Source: Deltaproteobacteria bacterium (lineage in GTDB: Bacteria > Myxococcota_A > UBA9160 > SMWR01). From it: a stretch of DNA of 64,000 nt. Numbering within the stretch: the first letter of the stretch is position 1; each line of letters opens with the position of its first letter. The stretch is from positions 14,443 to 78,442 of the forward strand of contig JANNIY010000067.1 of the NCBI GenBank assembly GCA_031405455.1, written 5' to 3'. The position numbers and the translations under genes are program-made. This document shows, piece after piece, positions 37,887 to 46,741 of this stretch. The notes below the pieces were generated by a model. The model did no database searches. It saw only the letters and a program-made list of their open reading frames with translations, and was not told the DNA's origin.

Positions 37887-39443
37887 GGGCCGTTCCTCTC
37901 GGACGATTTCGGGTACATCGTCAGCAACCCCTACACGAGTTCACTCGCGTGGGAGAATTGGCTCGCGATCCTGGATCCGTTGGGACCTGCGCGCCTGTAT
38001 ACGGCGAATTACGCCCCCGTCCACCTGCTGCTCACGGCGCTCGAACGCCAGATCTTCGCCGACGATCCCTTCGGCTACCACATCATCAACGTGCTGCTGC
38101 TGGCGGCCGACTCGACCCTGCTCGTGGCGCTGTTGCGGGCGTCGGGGTTGCCGGCGCTCGCGGCGCTCGTGGCGGGAGCCGTGTTCCTGCTGCATCCCGC
38201 GAACGTCGAGGCCGTCGCCTGGGTCTCCCAGCTCAAGAGCGTAGCGGCGTTGGCTTTGGCGCTCGGCGCGCTGCGGCTGCATCCGCGCCGGCCGGCGCTC
38301 GCGGCGCTGGCGTTCGCCCTGGCCTTGCTCACGAAGGCCTCGGCGGCCTTTGCCTGGCCCATGTTGTGCGCGCTCGCCTGGGCGCGGCGCCCGGCGCCCG
38401 ACGCCGCGCGGCGCGAGCTGGGCTGGCTCGCGCTCTGGGGAGTGCTGCTGTTGTTGTTTGCGTTGCCGGAATTCGCATCCTTCGCTGGCGCGGGCGCCGC
38501 CGAAACCACCGCGTTCGCGAGCGCGGCGGATCAGATCCGGACGATCGCCGCGATTGCTGCGCGCTATCTCGTGATGGCGGCAACAACCTTCGGCGTCGCC
38601 GCCTACCAGGAACCGGCGCCGGTGGGATCGTGGCTCGATCCCTGGTGGCTGGCCGCGCTTCCCGCCGCGGGCGTGCTTGCGTGGCGCGTGACGAAGACAT
38701 TGCGTGCGCGCGAGCCCGAGGCGGCGTGGTGGCTCGGCGCGATCGCCGGATGGGCGCCGGTGTCCCAGCTGTTTCCGTTCCTGAATCCGATCGCCGATCG
38801 CTATCTCTACTTCATGCTGCCGGGGTTGATCGGCGGCGCGTCGTTCTGGCTCGCCTCGGCCCTCCGCGGGGTTGCGCTGCGACGGGCGGCGGTGGCGCTC
38901 GCGGCGGTCGTGGCGACCGTCTTCGCGTTCGCTGCGAGCGAGCGGGCGCGTCTTTGGCGCGACGAGACGTTGCTGCTGGTCGATGCGGCCCGTCACTATC
39001 CCGACGGGGGGACGGCGTACTACCTGAGCGCGCGGCGCGCGGCGCAGCAGGGAGACGCGACGGCTGCAGTGGCCGCGCTGCGCGAAGCGTCGCTGCGCGG
39101 GATCGACCGTTTCACGGCTCTCGAAGGCGATCCATCGCTCGCGCCCGTCCGGGACACGCCGGAATTCCGTGCGTTGATCCGAGACATGGCAGGAGCGTGG
39201 CTCGAGCGCGGCTACCGCCGCGGACACGACACGCCGGCGGACCTGCGCATGCTGGCGCATGCCCACAGCGTACGCGGCGAGTACGCTCGAGCCGCGGAGC
39301 TGCTCGAACGGGCGCTCGCCACGGACAGCCCGTTCGCTGCAGCCCTGCGCGAGGAGCTCGCAGCCGTTCGGCTTCAGGAGCAGAGCGAGGCCGCGCCGGC
39401 CCCGGCTCTGGAGGAGACTCGCGATCGCCCGCCGAGCCCGTAA
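37758..39443 (+). CDS. TMTC-like GT-C glycosyltransferase, paralog A
   Basis: FLSDD, NYAPVH, HPANVEAVAWVSQLKS, ADRYLYF, helical/TPR C-terminus. Confidence 0.8.
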   Translation: MSQRDAGQAAQVRRRAVGPGAGSLLIFAGFAGIALFVYRAALHGPFLSDDFGYIVSNPYTSSLAWENWLAILDPLGPARLYTANYAPVHLLLTALERQIFADDPFGYHIINVLLLAADSTLLVALLRASGLPALAALVAGAVFLLHPANVEAVAWVSQLKSVAALALALGALRLHPRRPALAALAFALALLTKASAAFAWPMLCALAWARRPAPDAARRELGWLALWGVLLLLFALPEFASFAGAGAAETTAFASAADQIRTIAAIAARYLVMAATTFGVAAYQEPAPVGSWLDPWWLAALPAAGVLAWRVTKTLRAREPEAAWWLGAIAGWAPVSQLFPFLNPIADRYLYFMLPGLIGGASFWLASALRGVALRRAAVALAAVVATVFAFAASERARLWRDETLLLVDAARHYPDGGTAYYLSARRAAQQGDATAAVAALREASLRGIDRFTALEGDPSLAPVRDTPEFRALIRDMAGAWLERGYRRGHDTPADLRMLAHAHSVRGEYARAAELLERALATDSPFAAALREELAAVRLQEQSEAAPAPALEETRDRPPSP

Positions 39444-41097
39444 GCGAGCGACCGGCGCCGCGGGTGCGTCCGGGAAGCGCGCGTCCGCGCCGCCCGACGC
39501 CGCGCCCGACCGCCTGGGGTTCGGCGCCGGGATCTGGGCGCTGCTGCTGTGCGCGAGCATCGGCGCGGCGTTGCTGCTCTACCGCCCGGCGCTTTCGGGC
39601 CCGTTCGTGTCGGACGACACGCTCTACATCGACAACCCGTTGGTGCGCGAGATCTCGCTCGCCAACAGCCTGCGCATCCTCGATCCGACCGGCGACGTGT
39701 CGCACTCGGTGTCGAACTACGCGCCGGTGCATCTGCTGCTGCACGCCGCGGCGCTGAAAGCCTTCGGTGACGAACCGACGGGTCATCACGTCGTGAACGT
39801 CGTGCTGCACGCGCTCGCGAGCGTCTTGCTCGTCGCGTTGTTTCTCGCGAATGGGCTCCCGCGAGCGGCGGCAGTCTGCGGGGGCGCACTCTTCCTCGTG
39901 CATCCCGCGAACGTCGAGGCCGTTGCCTGGGTCTCGCAGCTCAAATCGAACGCGGCGCTGGTGCTGGCGCTCGCCGCACTGCTCGCCCATCCGCGGCGGC
40001 CGGCGCTCGCAAGCGTCTGCTTCGCGCTCGCACTGCTCGCCAAGGCCCACGCGGTCTTCGCCCTGCCCGTCGTGGCGCTCTTCGAGTGGCTGCGCACGGG
40101 CCGAGTTCGCTGGCGCTGGATCGCGTTATGGGCGTCGCTGTTCGCCGCGTTCGCGATCGCGGAAATCACGAGCCACGAGCGCAACCAGATCGACGGCCCT
40201 GGCTTGCGCGATGACACGTCCGTGTGGCTGCGCACGATCGTCGCGATCGCGATGCGATACCTCGTGATGGCGGCCACCTCGCTGGGACTTTCGACCTTTC
40301 ACGAGACCGAGCCGGCGCGCAGCCCGTTCGATGCGTGGTTCCTGGCCGGACTCGCAACGCTCGCCGGGATCGGCTGGCGCCTCGTCGTGGTGCTGCGACG
40401 GCGCAGCCTGGAAGCCGTCTTCTGGCTCTGGGCGCTGCTCGCCTTCGCGCCGGTGTCGCAGGTCTTTCCCTTCCTCTATCCGATGGGGGATCGCTACCTC
40501 TATTTCATCCTCCCCGGCTTGATCGGCGCCGGACTTTGCGCCGCGCGCGACGCGGCCGAAAAGCTACCCGCGCGGCAGCGGTCGACCGCGGGCGTCGCCG
40601 CGCTCGCGGTCGTGGTCGCGGCGTGCGGATTCCTGGCCTGGCAAAGCGTCGGGCGCGCGGCGGTGTGGCGCTCGCCCGCGAGTCTGACCGCCGACGCTGC
40701 GGCGCATTATCCGCAGGGGGTTTCGGCAAACATCCTGCGCGCGAAACGCGCAGCGCAGGCGGGCGACGTCGATGGTGTCGTTGCGGCGCTGCGGGCGGCC
40801 GCGCAGCGCGGCTACAACCGCTTCGAGCAGATCGACGCCGACCCCGCCTTCGATGCCATGCGCTCGCATCCCCGATTCCGCGCCGTGGTGTCCGAGATCG
40901 CGGCGGGTTGGATCGCGCGAGGTCGCGCGCGCGAGCATCCCACCCAACAAGAACTACAGACCATCGCCCACGCACATTTCGTGCGCGGCGAAAGGGACGA
41001 AGCGGTTGCGGTGCTGCGCCGCGCGCTCGCGCTCGGCGGCCCGCGCGATCCCCAGATCCGTGCGGATCTGGAGGTGTTGGGGGTTCAGCCCGACTGA
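39424..41097 (+). CDS. TMTC-like GT-C glycosyltransferase, paralog B (probable ATC start)
   Basis: FVSDD, NYAPVH, HPANVEAVAWVSQLKS, GDRYLYF; SD GAGGAG 7 nt before in-frame ATC. Confidence 0.8.
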   Translation: MARRARKRATGAAGASGKRASAPPDAAPDRLGFGAGIWALLLCASIGAALLLYRPALSGPFVSDDTLYIDNPLVREISLANSLRILDPTGDVSHSVSNYAPVHLLLHAAALKAFGDEPTGHHVVNVVLHALASVLLVALFLANGLPRAAAVCGGALFLVHPANVEAVAWVSQLKSNAALVLALAALLAHPRRPALASVCFALALLAKAHAVFALPVVALFEWLRTGRVRWRWIALWASLFAAFAIAEITSHERNQIDGPGLRDDTSVWLRTIVAIAMRYLVMAATSLGLSTFHETEPARSPFDAWFLAGLATLAGIGWRLVVVLRRRSLEAVFWLWALLAFAPVSQVFPFLYPMGDRYLYFILPGLIGAGLCAARDAAEKLPARQRSTAGVAALAVVVAACGFLAWQSVGRAAVWRSPASLTADAAAHYPQGVSANILRAKRAAQAGDVDGVVAALRAAAQRGYNRFEQIDADPAFDAMRSHPRFRAVVSEIAAGWIARGRAREHPTQQELQTIAHAHFVRGERDEAVAVLRRALALGGPRDPQIRADLEVLGVQPD

Positions 41098-41157
41098 TTC
41101 CGCCCGGCCTGCGCGGCCTGCGCGAAACGGCGGATCTGACGCTGCGTCGCTGGCAGG

Positions 41158-44100
41158 TCACTGCAGCAGCTGCCGGAGATTGGCCCTCACCTGGGCGGCG
41201 CGATCCGCCGCTTCGACCTGCGTGAGGCCGTCGAGGATTCCGAGCGCTTCGCGAGCCGACCCATGCGAGCTGGGATGCCGAGGCAGCACCCCGATGAAGT
41301 CTTCGAGTGTCGCGAGAGCGACGTCCTGCTGGCCTGCGCCGGCTGCGGCGCGCGCCCGTAGCAGCAGGTCGGCGGGCTCCGCCGCGACGGCGATGATGCC
41401 ATCGACGAGCGTGAGCCCCTCCGCCGCGAGCGCGGCGTCACCACTGCGGATCCGCCACTCGGCCCGCAGCAGCGTGGCCGGCACGAACGCCGCCTCGCGC
41501 GGCCTGGCCTGCGCGAGGTTTGCTTCGAGCCGGCGAATCGCGTCGAAATCGTCGCGCGCCTCGGCGCGCCAGCCCGCCACGACGGCCGCAGCGGCAGGCG
41601 GAAGCGGCTTTGCGAGCTCGAGCAGCGCAGGTTCGCCCTGCTCGACGGCAACGCGCCGCGCTTCGAGCAGCCCGAAACGGGCTTCGACGGCGTTCGCGTC
41701 GAGCGCGAGCGCACGCCCGAAGCTGCGGGCCGCGCTCAGTCTTTCGCCGCGCGCGCGCTGCACGAACCCCAGCGCCGTTTCGCGATCGACCGGATCGGGC
41801 AGCGATCGTGCAAGTGCTGCCGCGCGGTCGATCGCCGAGGTCGCCGCCAGCCGTCGTACGAGGTAGAGGTGATCGAGCGAGGTGTCCGATTCGACGAGCG
41901 GTGGGTAGGCCGCGAGCAGGCGGCGCAGGCCGTTCGCGCGCAGGGCGCGCGGTCCGAGACCCGCGGAGCGCGCGGCGAGCAGATTGTGATCGTCGGTGTT
42001 GATGGGAGCGCCGGCTGCGAACGCGCGGGCGCCATCCGGACCGAGCACGCAGGCGGCCGCCACGTCCTCGGGCACCCGCAAGCCGTAGCGAATGAAATCC
42101 GCCGGAGCCGCCGCCAGCGCCTGTGCGACGAGCGCGTCCATCGGCAAGTCGCCGTCGCTGGCGAGGAACAACACCGCACCGGGGGTCGGCTGGTAGAGAC
42201 GAACCGACGGAAAGACGTCGAGCAGGGTCGCCACCAGGGTCTGCAGCAGGGGGCCGTCGACGAAGCCCAGGCCGATCCACTGCACGAACACACCGCCCGG
42301 CGCGAGGTGGTCGCGCACGAGGGAGAAGAACTCCCGCGTGTACAGGTGGGAGGCGCCAGCGGTCCACGGATGCGACGGTTGCGACGTGATGGTGTCGAAG
42401 CGGGCGCTCGTGAGCGCGAGCGCGCCGCGCGCATCGTTCACGTAGATCTGAACCCGCGGGTCCGCCAGCGGATCCAGACCGCGCAGCGAGCCGACGGACT
42501 GGTTTGCCTGCACGACCTCTTCTTCGAGTTCGATCACGCCGACGGAAGCGACCGTCGACGGCACCGCCTCGAGCGCCTTCGCGCCGCCGAGGCCGATCAT
42601 CAGCAGCGAACTCGCGTCGGGATTGGCGAGGATCGGAAGCAGGCCGAGCCAGCGTGTTTCGAGGTAGCGGCCCGGACTTTCGAGATCGCCCCTGGAGATG
42701 GAGGCCTCGGGCAGGCCGTTGGTCGTGAGCCAGAAGTTGCGCCCGTCGTCCACCAGCAACACGCTCGCCGAGCGCCCGACACGTGAATAGGCGACTTCGC
42801 CCACGGCGGATCGGGGGCTGATCGGGGAAGTGCGCAACAGGACCCAGGGCGTGCTCGGGAGGAACACGGCGAGCGCGACCAGCCCGGCGACCGCGACAGC
42901 GAGCAGTCGGCGATCGATGGGACGCGAAAAGCAGGCGCAGGCGATCGCGATCGCGAGATTCAGCGCGGCGGCGCCGGCGACGGTGCCCTCGAAGCCGAGG
43001 TTGGGAAGCAGCCAGAAGCCGGCCGCGATCGCGCCGACGATCGCTCCGACGGTGTTCCAGGCGTAGACGTGCGCGCTGGCTGCCGAAGCGGCGGCCGAGT
43101 CGCGAGCCAGCCGACGCACCGCGAACGGGAAGGTGGCGCCGATGCACACGGCTCCGGGGAGCAGCACCAGAACCGAAATGGCGGCATTCGCAGCGAGCGA
43201 GCCGGTTCCTCCGGCGCCGATCGAGCGGGCCAGGGCCGGAATCTCCTCGATCGCCGAAAAGGCGGCGAGGGAGAGGGCGGCGACACCGAGTTGCGCCAAC
43301 GCGAAACCGCGTCCCGCCCGCTCGCCGGTCGAAGCCAGACGCGACGCGACGGCGCTGCCCAACGCGATTCCGGTCAGGAAGCTCGCGAGCATCGTTGCGA
43401 AGGCGTAGACGCTGCCGCCGAGCACATGGCCGAGCAATCGCGTCCAGAGCACCTCGTAGCTGAACGAGGCGACTCCCGAGAGCATCACCAGCGGCAGGAT
43501 CCAGCTGGCGCCAGCGGCTCTCGCGCCGCCCGCCGCCGCGGCCGGTGCTTCGCTGGCCGGCGCGACCTCTCCGGCGCCACGCGCGAGCAGCGCCGCCAGC
43601 GCGAACACGAGCGCGTTGACGGCGGCGCCGACGTACACGGTAGAGCGCAATCCGATCGCGGGCAGCAAGACGAATGCCGCGCAGGACGTGCCGAGCACTG
43701 CGCCGGCCGTGTTGACCGCGTAGAGCAGGCCGACGCGACGACCGATTTCCTCGTCGCGACGCACGGCTTGCCGGGCCAACAACGGCAGGGTTGCGCCCAT
43801 CAACCCGGTCGGGACGAGCAGGATGACGAAGGAGCACAGCAGATAGAAGAGCGCGCTCGTGAGCTGGCCGGCTGCGGGCGGTGCGGGCAGACCTCCGAAA
43901 AACAGCGCGTGCAGCGCGGTGGCGGCGCGGATCGCGGAGGGGACGGCGAGCGCGCTCACAGCGATCGCGAGCTCGAGCAACCCGTACACGAGCACCGGAC
44001 GGCGCACGCGCGGCGCGAGGCGGGCGGCAACGCCGGCGCCCGCGGCGAGCCCGCCCATATAGGCGGCGAGCACGCTCACCACCGCGAGCTCCGAAGTTCC

Positions 44101-44208
44101 GAACACGAAAGCGAACTCCCGCGTCCACGCGGTCTCGTAGAGCAGGGCCGCGAAGCCGGAAAACAGGAAACACAGCAACACCAGCGGAAAGCGGAGCGCT
44201 GCCGTCAT
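41158..44208 (-). CDS. Fused membrane (MFS-like)/spermidine synthase-like SAM-binding protein
   Basis: SGFAALLYETAW, LMGATLP, LYAVNTAGA repeats; IGLGGA, NDAR, SQPSHPW, LYTREFF. Confidence 0.88.
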   Translation of the reverse strand: MTAALRFPLVLLCFLFSGFAALLYETAWTREFAFVFGTSELAVVSVLAAYMGGLAAGAGVAARLAPRVRRPVLVYGLLELAIAVSALAVPSAIRAATALHALFFGGLPAPPAAGQLTSALFYLLCSFVILLVPTGLMGATLPLLARQAVRRDEEIGRRVGLLYAVNTAGAVLGTSCAAFVLLPAIGLRSTVYVGAAVNALVFALAALLARGAGEVAPASEAPAAAAGGARAAGASWILPLVMLSGVASFSYEVLWTRLLGHVLGGSVYAFATMLASFLTGIALGSAVASRLASTGERAGRGFALAQLGVAALSLAAFSAIEEIPALARSIGAGGTGSLAANAAISVLVLLPGAVCIGATFPFAVRRLARDSAAASAASAHVYAWNTVGAIVGAIAAGFWLLPNLGFEGTVAGAAALNLAIAIACACFSRPIDRRLLAVAVAGLVALAVFLPSTPWVLLRTSPISPRSAVGEVAYSRVGRSASVLLVDDGRNFWLTTNGLPEASISRGDLESPGRYLETRWLGLLPILANPDASSLLMIGLGGAKALEAVPSTVASVGVIELEEEVVQANQSVGSLRGLDPLADPRVQIYVNDARGALALTSARFDTITSQPSHPWTAGASHLYTREFFSLVRDHLAPGGVFVQWIGLGFVDGPLLQTLVATLLDVFPSVRLYQPTPGAVLFLASDGDLPMDALVAQALAAAPADFIRYGLRVPEDVAAACVLGPDGARAFAAGAPINTDDHNLLAARSAGLGPRALRANGLRRLLAAYPPLVESDTSLDHLYLVRRLAATSAIDRAAALARSLPDPVDRETALGFVQRARGERLSAARSFGRALALDANAVEARFGLLEARRVAVEQGEPALLELAKPLPPAAAAVVAGWRAEARDDFDAIRRLEANLAQARPREAAFVPATLLRAEWRIRSGDAALAAEGLTLVDGIIAVAAEPADLLLRARAAAGAGQQDVALATLEDFIGVLPRHPSSHGSAREALGILDGLTQVEAADRAAQVRANLRQLLQ

Positions 44209-44252
44209 GCGTGCCTTTCTAAACACAATATCATGTATGTTTGGGCGCCGTG

Positions 44253-46730
44253 CTACGACGCGTCGGCGTCGGGAGCGGGGTTCGGGCGCACCGTTTCGAG
44301 GCGCCGACGCGCATCCTCGGCCTCCGGGAACGCAGCGCTGCTGCCTAGCGCGCGCTCGAAGGCGCTGGCGGCTTCGTGCTTGCGGCCCAATGCCTCCAGC
44401 ACCAGGCCGAGATGGTAGCCATAGGTGGGCGCCACGCCTTCGGGCCGCGCCTCGGCGAGCGCAATCGCGTGCTGGAACTCCGCGAGGGCTGCATCCAGGC
44501 GGCCGGCCCGGAAGTAGACGTAACCGACGGTGTCGATCGCCTCCGGGTTTTCTCCCAGCGCCTGGCGGGCGCCTTGCGCGAGCTCGAGCGCGCGCTCGAG
44601 CTGCTCGCCGCGCGACGCGAGCACGAAGGCGAGATCGTTGCGCGCGCTCGCGAGCCCGGGTTGTTCGACGATGACCGTCTCGAGCACCGGCTGCGCCTTC
44701 GCGAGCTCTCCCTGGCTGAGGTGGAGGCGCGCGAGCAGCAGCCGGGTGCCGGGATGCAGCAGACCCGCGGCCTCGGCCTGCTCGAAGGAGCGCTGCGCCT
44801 CCGGGAGCCGCCCCTGGCGTCGGTAGATGTCGAATAGCAGCTCGGCGGCACCGGGCAGCGTCGGCACCGCCGCGAACAGCCGCAACATCTCGGCCTCGGC
44901 GCGTGCGAGATCGCCCTGCGATACGAAGATCTGCGCGCGCCACAGCAGCAGGCGCGGGCGGGCGCGCCCGGCTTCGACCTCGGCGTCGATCAGCGCGAGC
45001 GCGAGGTCGGCGTGGCCCGCTGCGAGATCGAGCTGGATGAGCGCCTCGAGCAAGCGCGGATCGCTCGGCAGCCGCGTCAATGCGGCGAGCAGCGTTTGCC
45101 GCGCCACTGCGTAGTTTGCACCGCCCTCGCGCCGCGCAAACTCGACCGCGGCGCCCGCGGGAGGGTTTGGCTCGGCGAGGATCTGCTCGAGAGCGGCGCG
45201 GCCGACAGCGACGTTGCCGTTTTCGTAGAAAGCGGTCGCGCGGCGCAGCTCTTCGCTCGCTGTGAGCTTCCGGCCGACGGCCGTGAGCACGCGGTAGGCG
45301 TAGATCACCTCGCCCCATTGCTTCGCGTCGAAATGGATTCTCGCCTTCAGGCGGTAATGCTCGGGAGATTCGGGTTCCAGCGCGATGGTTCGATCGATGG
45401 CCGCGATGGCCGCCGGCAGGTCGACGCCGAGTCGCTGCTCGCTGATGGCGAGCAGACGCTGGCTTTCGGCAGTTTCGTGGGTCTTCACCAATTCGCGCAG
45501 GATCTTCGCGGCGTCGGCGAAACGGCCGGCGGCGAGCGCGAGACGGGCCTCGGTGCCGCGTGTGACGGGATCGTCGGGAAAGGTCTCCGCCAGCTCGGCG
45601 AACGTGGCGCGGGCGTCGGGCAGCCGGTCGCTGCGGATCTGGAGGGTGACCAGCTGCTCCCAGAGCTGCGGCGCCTGGCCGCCCCCGTCGATGGCTCCGC
45701 GCAGATGGGCGATGGCGTCGGCGGGTCCGCGCTTGCGCAACAGATAACTCGCATACACACGATGACTGCGCGGGTCGTCGGGTCGCTTCGCGAGCAGCTC
45801 CTGGCACACCGTCTCGCCGGCCGGAACGCGCTGGCCGTCCGCGAGGCGCACGAGGCGGTCCCAGGCTTCGTAATCGGTTTCGTCCGCTTCGACGATTTCG
45901 CGCAGCGCTTCGCGCCGCAGCGCGTTGTCGCTCTGCCGCTGCGCGAAATCATCGATGGCCTTGGCGGCGAACACGCGGGCTTCGGTGTCGCCCCGCTGTT
46001 TCGCGAGTTCGAGCGCCGCGCGGTAGGACGCGAGTACCTCTACCTGGTGTCCCCCCCAGGATGCGAGGATACGGCCGCGCTCGACCCGAGCTCGCGCATC
46101 GCCGCCCTCGATCTGGTCGACGCGCGCGAAAGCGTCGAGCGCCGACTGGAAGATTTCCGGCGGGGCGAGCTTGCCGTCGACCTGGTACTTGCGAATTCGT
46201 GCCTGATGAACCTTCCCGAGCTGCGCCCAGGCGTCACGCGAGGCAGGCTCGAGTTCGACAGCCCGTGCGGCAGCCAGCTGCGCTTCCCCGAGGTCTCCGC
46301 TCGCCAGCGCGACGTGCGCGCGGGTGATCTGCACGTCGCTGCGGTCCGCCCCGCGCTCGAGTCCGTGCTGCACGAGTTCGCGGGCGCGCTTCGGATCGCC
46401 GAAGGCGAGCAAGCGCGCTTCGCTCATCGCCGCAGCGATGCGCTCCGGATCGAGTTCGTAGGCCTGGCGGTAGTAGGAGATCGCGTCCTTGTATTCGCGA
46501 CGGCGCGCGAGCAGGTCGCCCACCCGCTGATACAGCTCGGCGTCGCGGGGATCGATCTCGAGCGCGCTCTGGTACTCGAGCAACGCTTCCGGGATTCGTC
46601 CCTCGGCCGTGTGGCGTTCAGCGCGCTCGACGTGCTGCGCGAAGCGCTGTTCGCGGGAGCCGCAGGCCGGGAGCCCCAGCGCCGTCGCGACGAGAATGCA
46701 GCCGCACAGCCGTCGGACGCTGCGGAGCAC
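44253..46730 (-). CDS. Large TPR-repeat lipoprotein (PrsT-like)
   Basis: Lipobox LPAC; many TPRs; C-terminal NDLAF...DTVGYVY...FPEAEDARR. Confidence 0.8.
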   Translation of the reverse strand: MLRSVRRLCGCILVATALGLPACGSREQRFAQHVERAERHTAEGRIPEALLEYQSALEIDPRDAELYQRVGDLLARRREYKDAISYYRQAYELDPERIAAAMSEARLLAFGDPKRARELVQHGLERGADRSDVQITRAHVALASGDLGEAQLAAARAVELEPASRDAWAQLGKVHQARIRKYQVDGKLAPPEIFQSALDAFARVDQIEGGDARARVERGRILASWGGHQVEVLASYRAALELAKQRGDTEARVFAAKAIDDFAQRQSDNALRREALREIVEADETDYEAWDRLVRLADGQRVPAGETVCQELLAKRPDDPRSHRVYASYLLRKRGPADAIAHLRGAIDGGGQAPQLWEQLVTLQIRSDRLPDARATFAELAETFPDDPVTRGTEARLALAAGRFADAAKILRELVKTHETAESQRLLAISEQRLGVDLPAAIAAIDRTIALEPESPEHYRLKARIHFDAKQWGEVIYAYRVLTAVGRKLTASEELRRATAFYENGNVAVGRAALEQILAEPNPPAGAAVEFARREGGANYAVARQTLLAALTRLPSDPRLLEALIQLDLAAGHADLALALIDAEVEAGRARPRLLLWRAQIFVSQGDLARAEAEMLRLFAAVPTLPGAAELLFDIYRRQGRLPEAQRSFEQAEAAGLLHPGTRLLLARLHLSQGELAKAQPVLETVIVEQPGLASARNDLAFVLASRGEQLERALELAQGARQALGENPEAIDTVGYVYFRAGRLDAALAEFQHAIALAEARPEGVAPTYGYHLGLVLEALGRKHEAASAFERALGSSAAFPEAEDARRRLETVRPNPAPDADAS

Positions 46731-46741
46731 CGCGCGACGGC

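Noticed and set aside
44209-45807. N-terminal extension making a 1549-aa ORF
   Set aside because: Overlaps the TPR gene out of frame; the real start is ATG 44208 with an AGAAAGG SD
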